Below are positions 10,402-21,091 of a stretch of 58,197 bases of DNA, one piece after another; position 1 is the first letter of the stretch, and each line of letters opens with the position of its first letter. The notes under the pieces were generated by a model. It was not told the DNA's origin. It did not search any database and worked only from the letters and a program-made list of their open reading frames with translations. The stretch is from Actinomycetota bacterium (GTDB lineage: Bacteria > Actinomycetota > Acidimicrobiia > Spongiisociales > UBA4744). The stretch is from assembly GCA_013152275.1 (NCBI GenBank), contig JAADGS010000021.1, positions 1 through 58,197 of the forward strand, in the 5' to 3' direction. The position numbers and the translations under genes were made by a program.

Positions 10402-11702
10402 ACACGGTCGAGCTCATCCGACGCAAGCGAGATGGTACGGCACTGTCCCCGGCGGAGATCACTTGGCTCATCGACCACTACACGGATGGCTCCGTCACCG
10501 ACTATCAGATGGCCGCCATGACGATGGCGATCTTCTTCAACGGCCTGAACTCCGATGAACTCGCCACGTGGACCGAAGCGATGCTCCACTCGGGCGAGGT
10601 CCTCGACCTTGCCGTGATCCCCGGCAAGAAAGTGGACAAGCACTCGACCGGCGGTGTCGGAGACAAGGTCTCGATTCCTCTTGCGCCGATGGTCGCCGCC
10701 GCCGGTGTCCGAGTGCCGATGATGAGCGGCCGCGGTCTCGGGCATACAGGTGGCACCCTCGACAAGCTCGAGACGATCCCCGGATTCACGACGCAATTCG
10801 ATCCGAATACCTTCGCCGCTCTTCTCGCCCGCAACGGCCTCGTCCTGGCCGGCCAGTCGGAGACGCTCGTGCCCGCAGACCGCAAGCTCTACGCCCTCAG
10901 AGACGCCACGGGAACGGTCGAGTCGATCCCGCTGATCGCATCATCGATCATGTCGAAGAAGCTTGCCGAAGACCTGGATGGTCTCGTCCTCGACGTGAAG
11001 GTCGGCCGTGGCGCATTCATGCGCGACAGGGAACGGGCCCGACTGCTGGCGCGCACGATGGTCGGCATCGGAGCGGCCCACGACGTCCCGGTCGTCGCAC
11101 TGCTGACTCCGATGGAGCAACCTCTGGGCAGGGAGGTCGGCAACGCCTCCGAGATCGTCGAATCTCTCGCCGTGCTCAGAGGTGAAGGCCCGCGGGACCT
11201 GACCGAAATCACGCTTCGCCTCGGGGAGGAGATGCTGATCCTCGGTGGGATCACGAAGGATCGCCGCGAGGCTCGAAACACACTGGAAGCCACCATCTCG
11301 AGCGGAAGTGCCCTGACGAAGTTCGCCGAGGTGATCGAGGCCCAGGGCGGTGATCCGAGAGTCGTCGAGAACCCCGACATCCTGCCCCAGCCGGCCCACC
11401 GGACGTATCTGCCCGCCACCCGTGGCGGTGTCGTCACCCGGTGCGACGCGTTCAAGATCGGCGTTGGCGCGATGCACCTGGGCGCAGGGAGGGAACGGAA
11501 GGAGGATGTGATCGATCCCGCGGTCGGAGTCACCGTCCTGGCCAAGGAGGGAGATGTGGTCGCTGTCGGTGAACCACTGGCGGCTGTCGCCTGGAACGAT
11601 GAAGGCCGCCTGGAGGATGCGACCAGACTGTTGGCAGACGCATGGGAGATCGGCGACGAACCCCCGGAACCGCTCCCCCACGTTCTCGAAGAGGTGCGTT
11701 GA
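10398..11702 (+). CDS. deoA: Thymidine/pyrimidine-nucleoside phosphorylase
   Basis: DKHSTGGVGDK, SGRGLGHTGGTLDKLE, SIMSKK. Confidence 0.95.
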   Translation: MNTVELIRRKRDGTALSPAEITWLIDHYTDGSVTDYQMAAMTMAIFFNGLNSDELATWTEAMLHSGEVLDLAVIPGKKVDKHSTGGVGDKVSIPLAPMVAAAGVRVPMMSGRGLGHTGGTLDKLETIPGFTTQFDPNTFAALLARNGLVLAGQSETLVPADRKLYALRDATGTVESIPLIASSIMSKKLAEDLDGLVLDVKVGRGAFMRDRERARLLARTMVGIGAAHDVPVVALLTPMEQPLGREVGNASEIVESLAVLRGEGPRDLTEITLRLGEEMLILGGITKDRREARNTLEATISSGSALTKFAEVIEAQGGDPRVVENPDILPQPAHRTYLPATRGGVVTRCDAFKIGVGAMHLGAGRERKEDVIDPAVGVTVLAKEGDVVAVGEPLAAVAWNDEGRLEDATRLLADAWEIGDEPPEPLPHVLEEVR

Positions 11703-12517
11703 TGCAGTACGAAGCGATCATGGGAGCCGCCGCGACGATCGCCGAGCGTTCCGGTCGCGGTGTGCACGAGGTCGCCGTCGTGCTCGGTTCAGGACTTGGT
11801 GAATACGCGTCGACAGTCCCGGGAGCGCTTGCGATTCCCTACGCGGACATCCCCGGATGGCCCCTTCCCACGGTGGAGGGACATCACGGAACCCTGTACT
11901 CGGCCGACGTGAACGGCCCTGTCCTGATCCTCTCCGGCAGGGCGCACCTCTACGAAGGCCGATCCCTGGGCGAAGTCGTGTTCGGTGTCAGGGTGGCGAT
12001 CGCCGCCGGTTGCAGGACCATCGTGCTGACCAATGCCGCCGGAGGCGTGAGAAAAGGCCTCGAACCCGGCGACCTCGTGCTCATCCGTGATCATCTGAAT
12101 CTCACCGGGCACAACCCCCTCATCGGCCCCAACGACACTCGCCTGGGCCCCCGTTTTCCCGACCTGACGAACCTGTATTCGCCCGCCCTGCGCGAAATCG
12201 CACATCGAGCGGCTCGAGATGCCGGAGTCCGTCTGGGAGAGGGTGTCTACGCCTGGTTGACGGGCCCTTCCTACGAGACACCGGCCGAGATCCGGATGGT
12301 CGCGCGCCTCGGAGGCGACCTCGTCGGGATGTCGACCGTTCCGGAGGCGATCGCGGCGCGCCACATGGGGGCGGCGGTACTCGCAATCTCCCTGGTGACC
12401 AATCTGGCGGCCGGCATCTCGGATACGCCGCTCTCCCATGAGGAGGTTCAGGAGACGGCCACCAAAGCCCGCACCCGCTTTACCGGCCTGCTCGACAACC
12501 TGCTCCCGCTTCTGTGA
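11702..12517 (+). CDS. punA: Purine-nucleoside phosphorylase (trimeric type)
   Basis: VLGSGLG, GRAHLYEG, TNAAGG, GPSYETPAE, VGMSTVPE. Confidence 0.95.
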   Translation: MQYEAIMGAAATIAERSGRGVHEVAVVLGSGLGEYASTVPGALAIPYADIPGWPLPTVEGHHGTLYSADVNGPVLILSGRAHLYEGRSLGEVVFGVRVAIAAGCRTIVLTNAAGGVRKGLEPGDLVLIRDHLNLTGHNPLIGPNDTRLGPRFPDLTNLYSPALREIAHRAARDAGVRLGEGVYAWLTGPSYETPAEIRMVARLGGDLVGMSTVPEAIAARHMGAAVLAISLVTNLAAGISDTPLSHEEVQETATKARTRFTGLLDNLLPLL

Positions 12518-12580
12518 GGGCGAAGCACCCACACCGATTGCTAACATTCGCGAACGCCAATCAGAGAGGAGTGCCCACCC

Positions 12581-13339
12581 ATGAAAGTGGTGGTCTGCAC
12601 CAAACAGATTCCAGACCCCGCGGCTCCCTATCACCTGGATCCCGAGACACACTTTCTGGAACGGCCGACCGACCAGATCCTCGATGACACCGATCGCTAC
12701 GGGGTCGAGATGGGTCTGCAGGTCGCCGAACGGTCCGAAGGCTCGGTGACCCTCGTTTCGATGGGGCCCGCAGGGAATCTCCAGGGCATCCGCCAGGCGC
12801 TGGCGATGGGTGCCGACAAGGCCATCGTGATCGAAGACGACTCGCTGCGAGGAGCCGACTCGTGGGTGACGGCCCAGGTCCTGGCGGCAGCGATCCGCGA
12901 CGAAGCGTTCGATCTGGTGATCGCCGGTACGGAGTCCACCGATGGTTCCACCGGCGTGCTCCCCCAGCAGCTCGCAGAGTTACTCGGAGTACCGTCGCTG
13001 ACCTTTGCGAAGCATCTCGAGCAGGACGGCGACACGATCCGCATCCAGCGTCAGACCGAATATGGATACGACGTCGTGGAAGCACCCATACCGGTACTGG
13101 TCACCGTGACCTCCGGCGTCGTCGAACCCCGCTATCCCACGTTCAAGGGGATCATGGCCGCCAAGAAGAAGCCGATCGAACAGATCGGCGTCTCCGATCT
13201 CGGGGTGACACCGATGGCAACCCAGGAGATCCTCGAAGTCCGCCCTGCACCGCAACGCGCCGCCGGCGAGATCATCGAAGATGAGGGCGATGCACATCTG
13301 CGGATCATCGAGATGCTCGAGGAAGCGAAGGTGATCTGA
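12581..13339 (+). CDS. etfB: Electron transfer flavoprotein beta subunit
   Basis: VCTKQIPD, ALAMGAD, PRYPTFKGIMAAKKKP. Confidence 0.95.
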   Translation: MKVVVCTKQIPDPAAPYHLDPETHFLERPTDQILDDTDRYGVEMGLQVAERSEGSVTLVSMGPAGNLQGIRQALAMGADKAIVIEDDSLRGADSWVTAQVLAAAIRDEAFDLVIAGTESTDGSTGVLPQQLAELLGVPSLTFAKHLEQDGDTIRIQRQTEYGYDVVEAPIPVLVTVTSGVVEPRYPTFKGIMAAKKKPIEQIGVSDLGVTPMATQEILEVRPAPQRAAGEIIEDEGDAHLRIIEMLEEAKVI

Positions 13340-14298
13340 TGAAAGCCTGGGTATTCGTCGAAGAGTCCCAGGGCAACCCGGCCCAGATCGGGCTCGAGAT
13401 GCTCTCCAAGTCACGCACGCTCGCCGATTCGCCGGCCGCCGTCTATCTGGGAGCCGGATCGGAGGAGATCTTCGATCTCCTCGGAAGCCATGGGGCGCAC
13501 ACCGTCTACCACATGACTCCGGACAATCATCTGCCGACCGCCGCCGCCGCGGCGGCAATGGCGGACCTCGCCGACACCGAACGACCGGATCTGATCATGT
13601 TCGGCCTGACCCCGACGGACCGGGACGTCGCGGGACGCCTCAGCGCCCGAATGGGACGTCCGGTCATCTCCAACGTCATCGACGTCCACGTCGACGGTGA
13701 CACGCTCACGGCCGTCAACGAGATCTTCGGTGGCACCGAGATCATCGAGACCGCGTTTCTGGCCGAGAAGCCGCATCTGGTGGTCGTCCGACCGAAATCG
13801 TTCCCACCGGAGCCCACAGGACCATCGACGCCGAACGTCGTCCAGGTTGCCCTTCCCGATGTCGGCGCGGCCGGCACCGCCGTCATCACCGACGTCCACG
13901 TGGAAGAGCGCGAGGGCCCACAGTTGGAAGAGGCGTCGATCGTCGTATCCGCCGGTCGCGGGCTCGGCTCGGCCGAGCACCTCGACCTGACCAGGCGACT
14001 TGCAGATCTTCTCGGCGGAGCCATGGGTGCCACGCGCGCGGTCGTCGACGCCGGGTGGGTCCCCTACTCTTTGCAGGTCGGACAGACCGGCAAGACCGTC
14101 AAGCCCGACGTCTACATCGCCTGTGGCATCTCGGGGGCGATGCAGCACGTCGTGGGGATGAAGGATTCCAAGGTCATCATCGCCATCAACAAGGACGAAG
14201 AGGCACCGATCTTCTCACTGTCGGACCTTGGTGTGATCGGGGACGTCCACAAGGTCCTGCCGAGGCTGATCGAGGCGCTCGAGGCCCGCGAACACTGA
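13339..14298 (+). CDS. etfA: Electron transfer flavoprotein alpha subunit
   Basis: QVGQTGKTVKPDVYIACGISGAMQHVVGM, AINKD. Confidence 0.95.
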   Translation: MKAWVFVEESQGNPAQIGLEMLSKSRTLADSPAAVYLGAGSEEIFDLLGSHGAHTVYHMTPDNHLPTAAAAAAMADLADTERPDLIMFGLTPTDRDVAGRLSARMGRPVISNVIDVHVDGDTLTAVNEIFGGTEIIETAFLAEKPHLVVVRPKSFPPEPTGPSTPNVVQVALPDVGAAGTAVITDVHVEEREGPQLEEASIVVSAGRGLGSAEHLDLTRRLADLLGGAMGATRAVVDAGWVPYSLQVGQTGKTVKPDVYIACGISGAMQHVVGMKDSKVIIAINKDEEAPIFSLSDLGVIGDVHKVLPRLIEALEAREH

Positions 14299-14302
14299 AA
14301 CC

Positions 14303-14333
14303 GGAGCGGCCCGGAGACGTTCCGGGCCGCTTC
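14303..14333. terminator. Hairpin between convergent etfA and cdd
   Basis: GGAGCGGCCCGGA-GACGT-TCCGGGCCGCTTC. Confidence 0.65.
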
Positions 14334-14726
14334 TCAATGTTCGAGACGGAACCCGTGCGGGAGGAGTTCGTCGAGCGGGTACGTCTCTGCGGCTCCGTCG
14401 GGACCGGACACGACAACACGCTCGACACCGAACTCATAGAGTCGCTGGCGGCACTGCCCACACGGAAATGTCTCTGCCTCCGTGCCGGCATCGATACACG
14501 CGACAGCGACGGTCTTCATCGTCGTCTTGCCGGCGGTGACGGCCGACGAGATGGCGCTCGCCTCGGCACAGGTTCCCGACGGGTACGCGGCATTCTCCCA
14601 ATTGACACCCCGGTGGACCGACCCGTCATCGGCCACGATGACGGCACCCACACGGAACCCCGAATAGGGGGCGTAGGCGTTCTCGGCGACTGTACGCGCC
14701 TCGGCAAGCAGCTCTTCGGGACTCAT
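14334..14726 (-). CDS. cdd: Cytidine deaminase
   Basis: AYAPYSGFRVGA, CAE, PCGQCRQ. Confidence 0.95.
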   Translation of the reverse strand: MSPEELLAEARTVAENAYAPYSGFRVGAVIVADDGSVHRGVNWENAAYPSGTCAEASAISSAVTAGKTTMKTVAVACIDAGTEAETFPCGQCRQRLYEFGVERVVVSGPDGAAETYPLDELLPHGFRLEH

Positions 14727-15715
14727 ATATCCTCCAACATCGCATCGACGAACTCTGCGGGAACGAACGGGATCAGGTCATGGACCCCCTCGCCGACCCC
14801 GATGAACTTGACCGGCAGATCCAGCTCTCGCTCGATGGCGACGGCGACGCCGCCGCGTGCGGTCCCGTCGAGCTTCGTCAACACGACTCCGGTCACCCCT
14901 ACCACCTCGGTGAACGTCCGCGCCTGTACCAGGGCGTTCTGCCCGCTGGTCGCGTCGATGGCGAGGAGCACCTCGTCCACCTCACCCGCAGCCCGGCCAA
15001 GCACCCGGACGATCTTGCCCAGTTCCTGCATCAGGTTGTGCTTGGAGTGGAGCCTGCCGGCCGTGTCCACGATGAGGACATCGTGACCCCGGGCTCTGGC
15101 AGCCTCATATGCGTCGAAGGCAACCGCAGCGGGGTCTGCTCCTTCCTGGCTGGAGACGATTTCGACGCCGACGCGCTCCGCCCACGTGCGCAACTGGACA
15201 CTCGCCGCGGCGCGAAACGTATCCGCGGCGCCCAGGAGTGGGGATCTCCCCTCTGCGACGAGATACGCTGCGAGCTTCGCGATGCTCGTGGTCTTGCCCG
15301 TTCCGTTCACCCCGACGACGATCACCACCGACGGAGCACCCGACAGGTGAAGATCGCGGGGGCGATCGCCGAACTCGGAGATGAGCTCTGCGCACAGTAC
15401 GCCTTTCGCCTCCTGCGGGCCGCTCGGATGTTGCTCTCGAACACGTGCGATGATCTCGCCGGTCGCGAGCACGCCGACGTCCGCAGCGATCAGTGCCTCC
15501 TCCAGCTCGTCCCAGAAGCGGTCGTCGAGGCGGCCGGATCCGAAGATCCGGTGCAGTCTTCCTCCGAGGGCCGTTCGGGTTTTCTCGAGACGATCGGCAA
15601 GGATCGGCTGAAGAGCGATGTCCTCGCCGTCTCGTCCGCGGCGAACCACGATGAACAGGAGGACGGCGACAACGAGTACCGCTGCGCCAAGGAGAATCAA
15701 TTGTGTCGATGTCAT
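14723..15715 (-). CDS. ftsY: SRP receptor FtsY
   Basis: GVNGTGKTT, DTFRAAA, DTAGR, TKLDGTARGG; N-terminal transmembrane segment. Confidence 0.97.
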   Translation of the reverse strand: MTSTQLILLGAAVLVVAVLLFIVVRRGRDGEDIALQPILADRLEKTRTALGGRLHRIFGSGRLDDRFWDELEEALIAADVGVLATGEIIARVREQHPSGPQEAKGVLCAELISEFGDRPRDLHLSGAPSVVIVVGVNGTGKTTSIAKLAAYLVAEGRSPLLGAADTFRAAASVQLRTWAERVGVEIVSSQEGADPAAVAFDAYEAARARGHDVLIVDTAGRLHSKHNLMQELGKIVRVLGRAAGEVDEVLLAIDATSGQNALVQARTFTEVVGVTGVVLTKLDGTARGGVAVAIERELDLPVKFIGVGEGVHDLIPFVPAEFVDAMLEDI

Positions 15716-18700
15716 GCCAACTGTGACCGTTCACGGATTCGGCGGGACAGCACTTGGGACGACCCGCCACGTTCGAGAGTGACACCGTACAGTATGTCGG
15801 CAACTTCCATGGTCTGCTGCTGGTGGGTGACGATCAACAGCTGGGCGCGTGAGCGGAACCGGTCGACCAGTCGCAGGAACCTCCGCAGGTTTGCGTCGTC
15901 GAGCGCTGCCTCGACTTCGTCGAGGATATAGAACGGTCCCGGCCTGGCTCGAAACACGGAGAAGAGGAACGCCAGTGCGGCAAGCGACCGTTCACCTCCG
16001 GACAGCAGACTCAACCTGCTCACCTTCTTGCCGAGCGGCATTGCCTCGACCTCCACACCCGAGGTGAGCGGATCCGACCCGTTCACGAGCCGGAGCCTTC
16101 CCTTGCCGCCGGGGAACAGCACTCCGAAGTACTCCTGGTAGTAATGGGCGACCTCCTCGAAAGCGGCGGTGAATTCTTCGACGATTCGCTCGTCGAGCGC
16201 CGAGATCACCTTGCGCAGCTCCGCTCGAGACGAGGCGAGGTCGTCGAGCTGGGCGGCAAGGAAATCATATCGTTCCTGGAGGTCTCGATACTCCTGTGCA
16301 GCAAGCGGATTCACCGGACCGAGCCGCCTGAGTTCTGCCTCATGGCTCGCGAGGAGCGACTCGAGATCCTCGTCGACATCCGGTCGAGGCGCCCCGAGCG
16401 CCTCTTCGACCGAGGCGTCCGCGTCCCTACGCAGACCTTCGGCCACGGATTCTTCACGCACCCGAAGTTCGGCGATCTCCACGGCTGCGGCGGAGATCTC
16501 CTGACGGGCGATCTCGCCTGCATTCCGAAGCTCCTCGAGTCGCGTTCGAGCCGTCGCGAGGCGAGCTCCGGCATCTCCGGCTTCTCGCCGCAACGCTCTC
16601 TGACGTTCTCGAAGCGCTGCGAGATGTGCTCTGACCACTTCCAGGGCCTTCACCGACTGACCCTCGACGACCTGCAGCCGCATCACGCGAGCGGGGTCGA
16701 CCGGTCGAACGACCGCGGACTGGAGCTCGCCTCTCACGACTCTCAGGCGGTCCTCCAGCATCCTCCTGCGCTCCATGATCGCCCCGAGAGCGGCGGCAGC
16801 CTCCTGGCGAGCGTGATTGGCCTGCTCGCGGCGGAGTTCGACCTCCCGTCTCCGTTGCGCCATCTGCTCCCAAGCCCGCTGGCGCTCGGCTTCCTCACCT
16901 TCCAGATCCGCCAATCGGGCTCGCAGCCGCTCGATGCGGGCCTCTCGGTCACCTGCGCCCTCGACAACCGAAGACCGCCGCTCCTCCAGCCTCTCGATTT
17001 CTTCTTCGGCAGCCGTTCGAGCCCGGTCTCTCAGACGCAGCGCCTCGGTCATCCCTCCAAGCTTGGCCTCGAGTGCCTCGAGCGCCTCGAGTGCCTCACG
17101 CTCGACCCGCCGGGCACCGTCGAACGCCCGCTTCGCCGAGGTCAGGAGGCTCTCGGCCCGAGCCGCGCCGATCTCGGCATCCTCGAGTGCAACCAGGGCC
17201 GTCTCGAGCATTGCGGGAGTAGCCCCGTCGGTCCGGGCGATCCACATGCCGTTGGCGTCGATCAGGTCCCCCTCCGGGGTGACGGCGCGCACGTCCGGAT
17301 GATCGGCCACGATCCGCCAGGCCGTCGCCCACCCTTCGGCCACCACGACATCCCCGAGGAGTTGAGCGGCGAGGTCCAGGTCGGCGCCGGGACCCAGGAG
17401 ATCGACCAGCGTCTCGATGCCCCATCTGGCTGCGACGTCCCGGGCCGGGGATGCCGGAGCAGGAGTGGCGGCGGTAACGAGAGGGACTCCGCCGAGTCCG
17501 TTCGCCTTGAGTTCGGCGGCGGCTTCCTGGATGTCTCTGCGCGATCGCGCGACGACGCCTCCCGCCCACGGACCGAGCGCGGCATCGACGGCCGCGGCCC
17601 ACTCCGGAGGCACTGCCAGGAGCGCCGTCAGAGAGCCGCTCACCCCCGTCTTGGCGAGGGCTCGTTCACGCGCCGCCGAATCTGTGGTCATGGCTTCTGC
17701 CATCGCCTCGCTGCGGGCCTCTGCGCCTGCAAGCGTCAGTCGTGCGCGTCGGGCATGTTCCTCCGCTCGCTCCCATGCCTGTTGGAGACGTTCTCGCTCG
17801 CGCCGGCTACGTTCGTACGCCTCCTGCGCAGGGGCCGTTGCCCGATCGACACCACGAATCGCATCCTGCAGTTCATCGATCTCGGCGGATTCTTCCGCTA
17901 CCTTCGCGGCCAGGACATCGAGCCTGCGCCGGAGATCGTGTGCCTCGCGCTCATCACGATCGACGGCAGCTTCCAGTGAGCGGAGTTCTCCGCGTACTAC
18001 GGCGAGTGCTCCTTCGACGGGGAGAGCGTCCTGTTCGGCCAGGGAGCGCGCCTCGTCTTCCAGCTCGCGAAACACCTGTTCGGCGCGCTCGACATCCCTG
18101 CGCGCGGCGTTCTCGGTCGCTCCGCTACCGGCAAGATCCACACCCAGCTCTGCAGCTTCGATCTCGAGATCTCTGCGCCGCTCCCCCACGCCCTCGAGAC
18201 GGGCCTGGGCAGATCTGCGCCGTTCGTGGGCGACCTGGGCGATGCGCCGCAAACGCTCGACGGTCGTCTCCAACCGAGCCGCCGCCGCCGTATCCGCATC
18301 CAGCGCACGGCCGGCCGCTCCGGCCCGACTACCGAGATCCGGAAGCCGTGATTCGAGTTCGACCCTCTCGAGTTGCACCGCCTCGAGGTTGGCGCTCCAC
18401 CGAGCCTCGGCGCCTTCGGCCTCGGCGAGCCGATCGCGGATGGCGCGCATCGCTTCTCCGCCGACGTAGAGGCGCAACTCACGTAACTCGCGCCGAAGTT
18501 CGGCCTGGCGGTCTGCGGACTTTGCCTGCCGCTCCAGCGGTCGGATCTGCCGCTTGAGCTCGCGAAGGATGTCTTGGAGCCGGAGCACGTCCGCGTCGGT
18601 GCGTTCCAGACGACGCACCGACCGTTCCTTGCGAAGTCGGTGCTTGAGGATCCCGGCGGCCTCTTCGATCACCGCCCTGTGATCCTCCGGTTTTGCGTTC

Positions 18701-19149
18701 AGAAGATCGTCGATCCGCCCCTGACCGACAATGAGATGCTGGTGCCGTCCAACCCCTCCGTCGGACAGCAGCTCCTGAATGTCGAGGAGCCGACAGTCGA
18801 CGTTGTTGATCTGGTAGTCGCTGGAGCCGTCACGATACAACCGCCGGGTGATCGAGATCTCGTCGAGATCGAGCGGCATCGTACGTGTGCCGTTGTCGAG
18901 CACCAGTGTCACCTCCGCCCGGCCGAACGCAGGCCGGGTCGCCGTCCCCGCAAAGATGACGTCTTCCATCCGCTGGGTTCGCAACGAGCGTGTCGACTGT
19001 GTTCCCATGACCCAGGCGATGGCGTCGACGAGATTGGACTTGCCGGAACCGTTGGGTCCGACGACGACCGTCACTCCGGGCTCGAACTCGAGCCGAGTCC
19101 GATCGGCGAACGATTTGAAGCCGACCAGCCGCAGAGACTTCACATACAC
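15712..19149 (-). CDS. smc: Chromosome segregation protein SMC
   Basis: GFKSF, GPNGSGKSN, coiled coils and hinge, LSGGE, LDEVEAALD. Confidence 0.97.
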   Translation of the reverse strand: MYVKSLRLVGFKSFADRTRLEFEPGVTVVVGPNGSGKSNLVDAIAWVMGTQSTRSLRTQRMEDVIFAGTATRPAFGRAEVTLVLDNGTRTMPLDLDEISITRRLYRDGSSDYQINNVDCRLLDIQELLSDGGVGRHQHLIVGQGRIDDLLNAKPEDHRAVIEEAAGILKHRLRKERSVRRLERTDADVLRLQDILRELKRQIRPLERQAKSADRQAELRRELRELRLYVGGEAMRAIRDRLAEAEGAEARWSANLEAVQLERVELESRLPDLGSRAGAAGRALDADTAAAARLETTVERLRRIAQVAHERRRSAQARLEGVGERRRDLEIEAAELGVDLAGSGATENAARRDVERAEQVFRELEDEARSLAEQDALPVEGALAVVRGELRSLEAAVDRDEREAHDLRRRLDVLAAKVAEESAEIDELQDAIRGVDRATAPAQEAYERSRRERERLQQAWERAEEHARRARLTLAGAEARSEAMAEAMTTDSAARERALAKTGVSGSLTALLAVPPEWAAAVDAALGPWAGGVVARSRRDIQEAAAELKANGLGGVPLVTAATPAPASPARDVAARWGIETLVDLLGPGADLDLAAQLLGDVVVAEGWATAWRIVADHPDVRAVTPEGDLIDANGMWIARTDGATPAMLETALVALEDAEIGAARAESLLTSAKRAFDGARRVEREALEALEALEAKLGGMTEALRLRDRARTAAEEEIERLEERRSSVVEGAGDREARIERLRARLADLEGEEAERQRAWEQMAQRRREVELRREQANHARQEAAAALGAIMERRRMLEDRLRVVRGELQSAVVRPVDPARVMRLQVVEGQSVKALEVVRAHLAALRERQRALRREAGDAGARLATARTRLEELRNAGEIARQEISAAAVEIAELRVREESVAEGLRRDADASVEEALGAPRPDVDEDLESLLASHEAELRRLGPVNPLAAQEYRDLQERYDFLAAQLDDLASSRAELRKVISALDERIVEEFTAAFEEVAHYYQEYFGVLFPGGKGRLRLVNGSDPLTSGVEVEAMPLGKKVSRLSLLSGGERSLAALAFLFSVFRARPGPFYILDEVEAALDDANLRRFLRLVDRFRSRAQLLIVTHQQQTMEVADILYGVTLERGGSSQVLSRRIRERSQLA

Positions 19150-19203
19150 TGAATGACACCCTTGTGATTTGGCGGAATGAGGCTATCACAGCACGGCGGC
19201 CGT

Positions 19204-19491
19204 TCATCGAATCATGAACGTGTCGGCATCGGGGTCGACGGTTGCCGGAGTCACCCGGACATCGGTGACGACGGCCGATCGAGGCCCCACATGTAGCCAC
19301 TCGATGAGGTTCTCGACGACTTCGGGTGAACCCTGGACCTCGACTTCGACCTCCCCGAACGGCAGGTTGCGGACCCACCCGACGGCGCCGAGCATCCTGG
19401 CTCGTGCCAGCGTCGCGTAACGAAACCCGACCCCTTGCACGCGGCCACGCACCACTGCCCTGACTCGGATCACGTGCGACACGTCGGACAC
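19204..19491 (-). CDS. acyP: Acylphosphatase
   Basis: GRVQGVGFR, GWVRN. Confidence 0.93.
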   Translation of the reverse strand: MSDVSHVIRVRAVVRGRVQGVGFRYATLARARMLGAVGWVRNLPFGEVEVEVQGSPEVVENLIEWLHVGPRSAVVTDVRVTPATVDPDADTFMIR

Positions 19492-19492
19492 G

Positions 19493-20167
19493 CTACGGTG
19501 AATCCGCCAGACCCTCCAGAGCCACCCTGGCAGCCGCCTGTTGGGCCTCTTTCTTCGAGTGACCTTCTCCCTCGCCGCGGATCACCCCGTCGATCTCCAC
19601 CGTCGCCCTGAATGTCCGATCGTGATCGGGCCCGTCACCGTGCACCCGGTACACGGGTTCGAGTTGCACCTTGGCAAGCACTTCCTGCAACCGGGTCTTG
19701 TAGTCCATGGAGCCCGGAGTCACCGAAAGCGCCGCCACCTGCGCCTCCCAATGCTCGATGATCACGCGACGCACTTCTTCGAGCCCCCCATCCAGGTACA
19801 CCGCCGCCAAGACGGCCTCCAATGCGTCGGCGAGAATCGAGTCTTTGTCGCGACCGTCGGAGACCTCTTCGCCGTGTCCGATGCGGAGACCGCTTCCGAG
19901 TCCGATGGTGCGCGCCACCGATGCGAGCGCCGGCCTGCTGACGAGCGAGGCTCGCAGCTTCGCCATCTGGCCTTCTCGCATATCGTGGAAGCGCCCGAAG
20001 AGGACGTCGGTGATGACGAGACCGAGGACCGCATCACCCAGGAACTCCATCCTCTCATTGTGTTCGACGTGGTCGTGCTCCGCGGTGAAGGACCGATGGG
20101 TGAGCGCCATCTCGAGCAGAGCCGGGTTTCGGAAGTGATATCCGAGCCTCGCTTCGATGCCGGTCAT
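19493..20167 (-). CDS. rnc: Ribonuclease III
   Basis: NERMEFLGDAVL, ADALEA, C-terminal dsRBD; the ATG overlaps the plsX stop. Confidence 0.97.
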   Translation of the reverse strand: MTGIEARLGYHFRNPALLEMALTHRSFTAEHDHVEHNERMEFLGDAVLGLVITDVLFGRFHDMREGQMAKLRASLVSRPALASVARTIGLGSGLRIGHGEEVSDGRDKDSILADALEAVLAAVYLDGGLEEVRRVIIEHWEAQVAALSVTPGSMDYKTRLQEVLAKVQLEPVYRVHGDGPDHDRTFRATVEIDGVIRGEGEGHSKKEAQQAAARVALEGLADSP

Positions 20168-21090
20168 GCAAACCGCCGTCCTATCTCTTCCACCATGCCT
20201 CCCGAGGCCTCGTGAGATGCCCATTCGAGCGCGCTGCGGATCGCAACTCGCGACGATGATCCGTGGGCGATGACCGCGACGCCTCGGGTACCGACGAGAT
20301 GAGCGCCACCCGTGGTCTCATAGTCGAGCCCGGCCAAGACCGTCGCCGGGAGCGGTTCCCCGGCGTCCGCCGCCAACGAGGCCACCCAGGCGACGGTCCC
20401 TTCGATGGCCTTGAGAACGGTATTACCGGTGAACCCGTCCGTCACCACGACATCCACGGTCGCCGCGGTGATATCACGCCCTTCGACGTTTCCAACGAAT
20501 CGTGGCAGCGCGTCCTCCAACAATACGGCCGCCTGCCTCTCCAGATCTCTCCCCTTGCCCTTTTCCTGGCCGATCGAGAGGAGGCCGACCGACGGGTCCG
20601 CCACTCCAAGCGAGAATTCGGAGACGACCGAGCCCATGATCGCGAACTGCACGAGATGTCTGGGGCCCACCATCGGGTTTGCCCCGGCGTCGACGAGGAC
20701 GGTGGGAGGGTCGGTCGGGATGACGGTGGCGATCGCCGGCCGGAGCACACCGGGAATCCTCCCGATGATGATCGTCGCTGCAGCAAGTGCCGCCCCCGTC
20801 GATCCGGCCGACACGAGACCGTCGGCCTCACCCGAACGGACGAGTCGCGCAGCCACGCTGATCGATGCGTCGGGTTTCTCTCGAATCGAACGGACCGGAT
20901 CTTCACCCATCTCGACGGCATCGCCGGCATGAACGATGGGCAGATCCACATCGACATCTTCACAGAGCGGTTCGAGCCGTCTTCGATCGCCGACGAGGAC
21001 GACGTCGATCCCCCTGCGGACGGCCTCCACGGCTCCGGCGATCGTCTCTCGGGGTGCATGGTCGCCCCCCATCGCGTCGAGGGCTAACAC
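20164..21090 (-). CDS. plsX: Phosphate acyltransferase PlsX
   Basis: LDAMGGDHAP, SAGSTGA, DGFTGN, IAHGSS. Confidence 0.95.
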   Translation of the reverse strand: MLALDAMGGDHAPRETIAGAVEAVRRGIDVVLVGDRRRLEPLCEDVDVDLPIVHAGDAVEMGEDPVRSIREKPDASISVAARLVRSGEADGLVSAGSTGAALAAATIIIGRIPGVLRPAIATVIPTDPPTVLVDAGANPMVGPRHLVQFAIMGSVVSEFSLGVADPSVGLLSIGQEKGKGRDLERQAAVLLEDALPRFVGNVEGRDITAATVDVVVTDGFTGNTVLKAIEGTVAWVASLAADAGEPLPATVLAGLDYETTGGAHLVGTRGVAVIAHGSSSRVAIRSALEWASHEASGGMVEEIGRRFA

Positions 21091-21091
21091 A

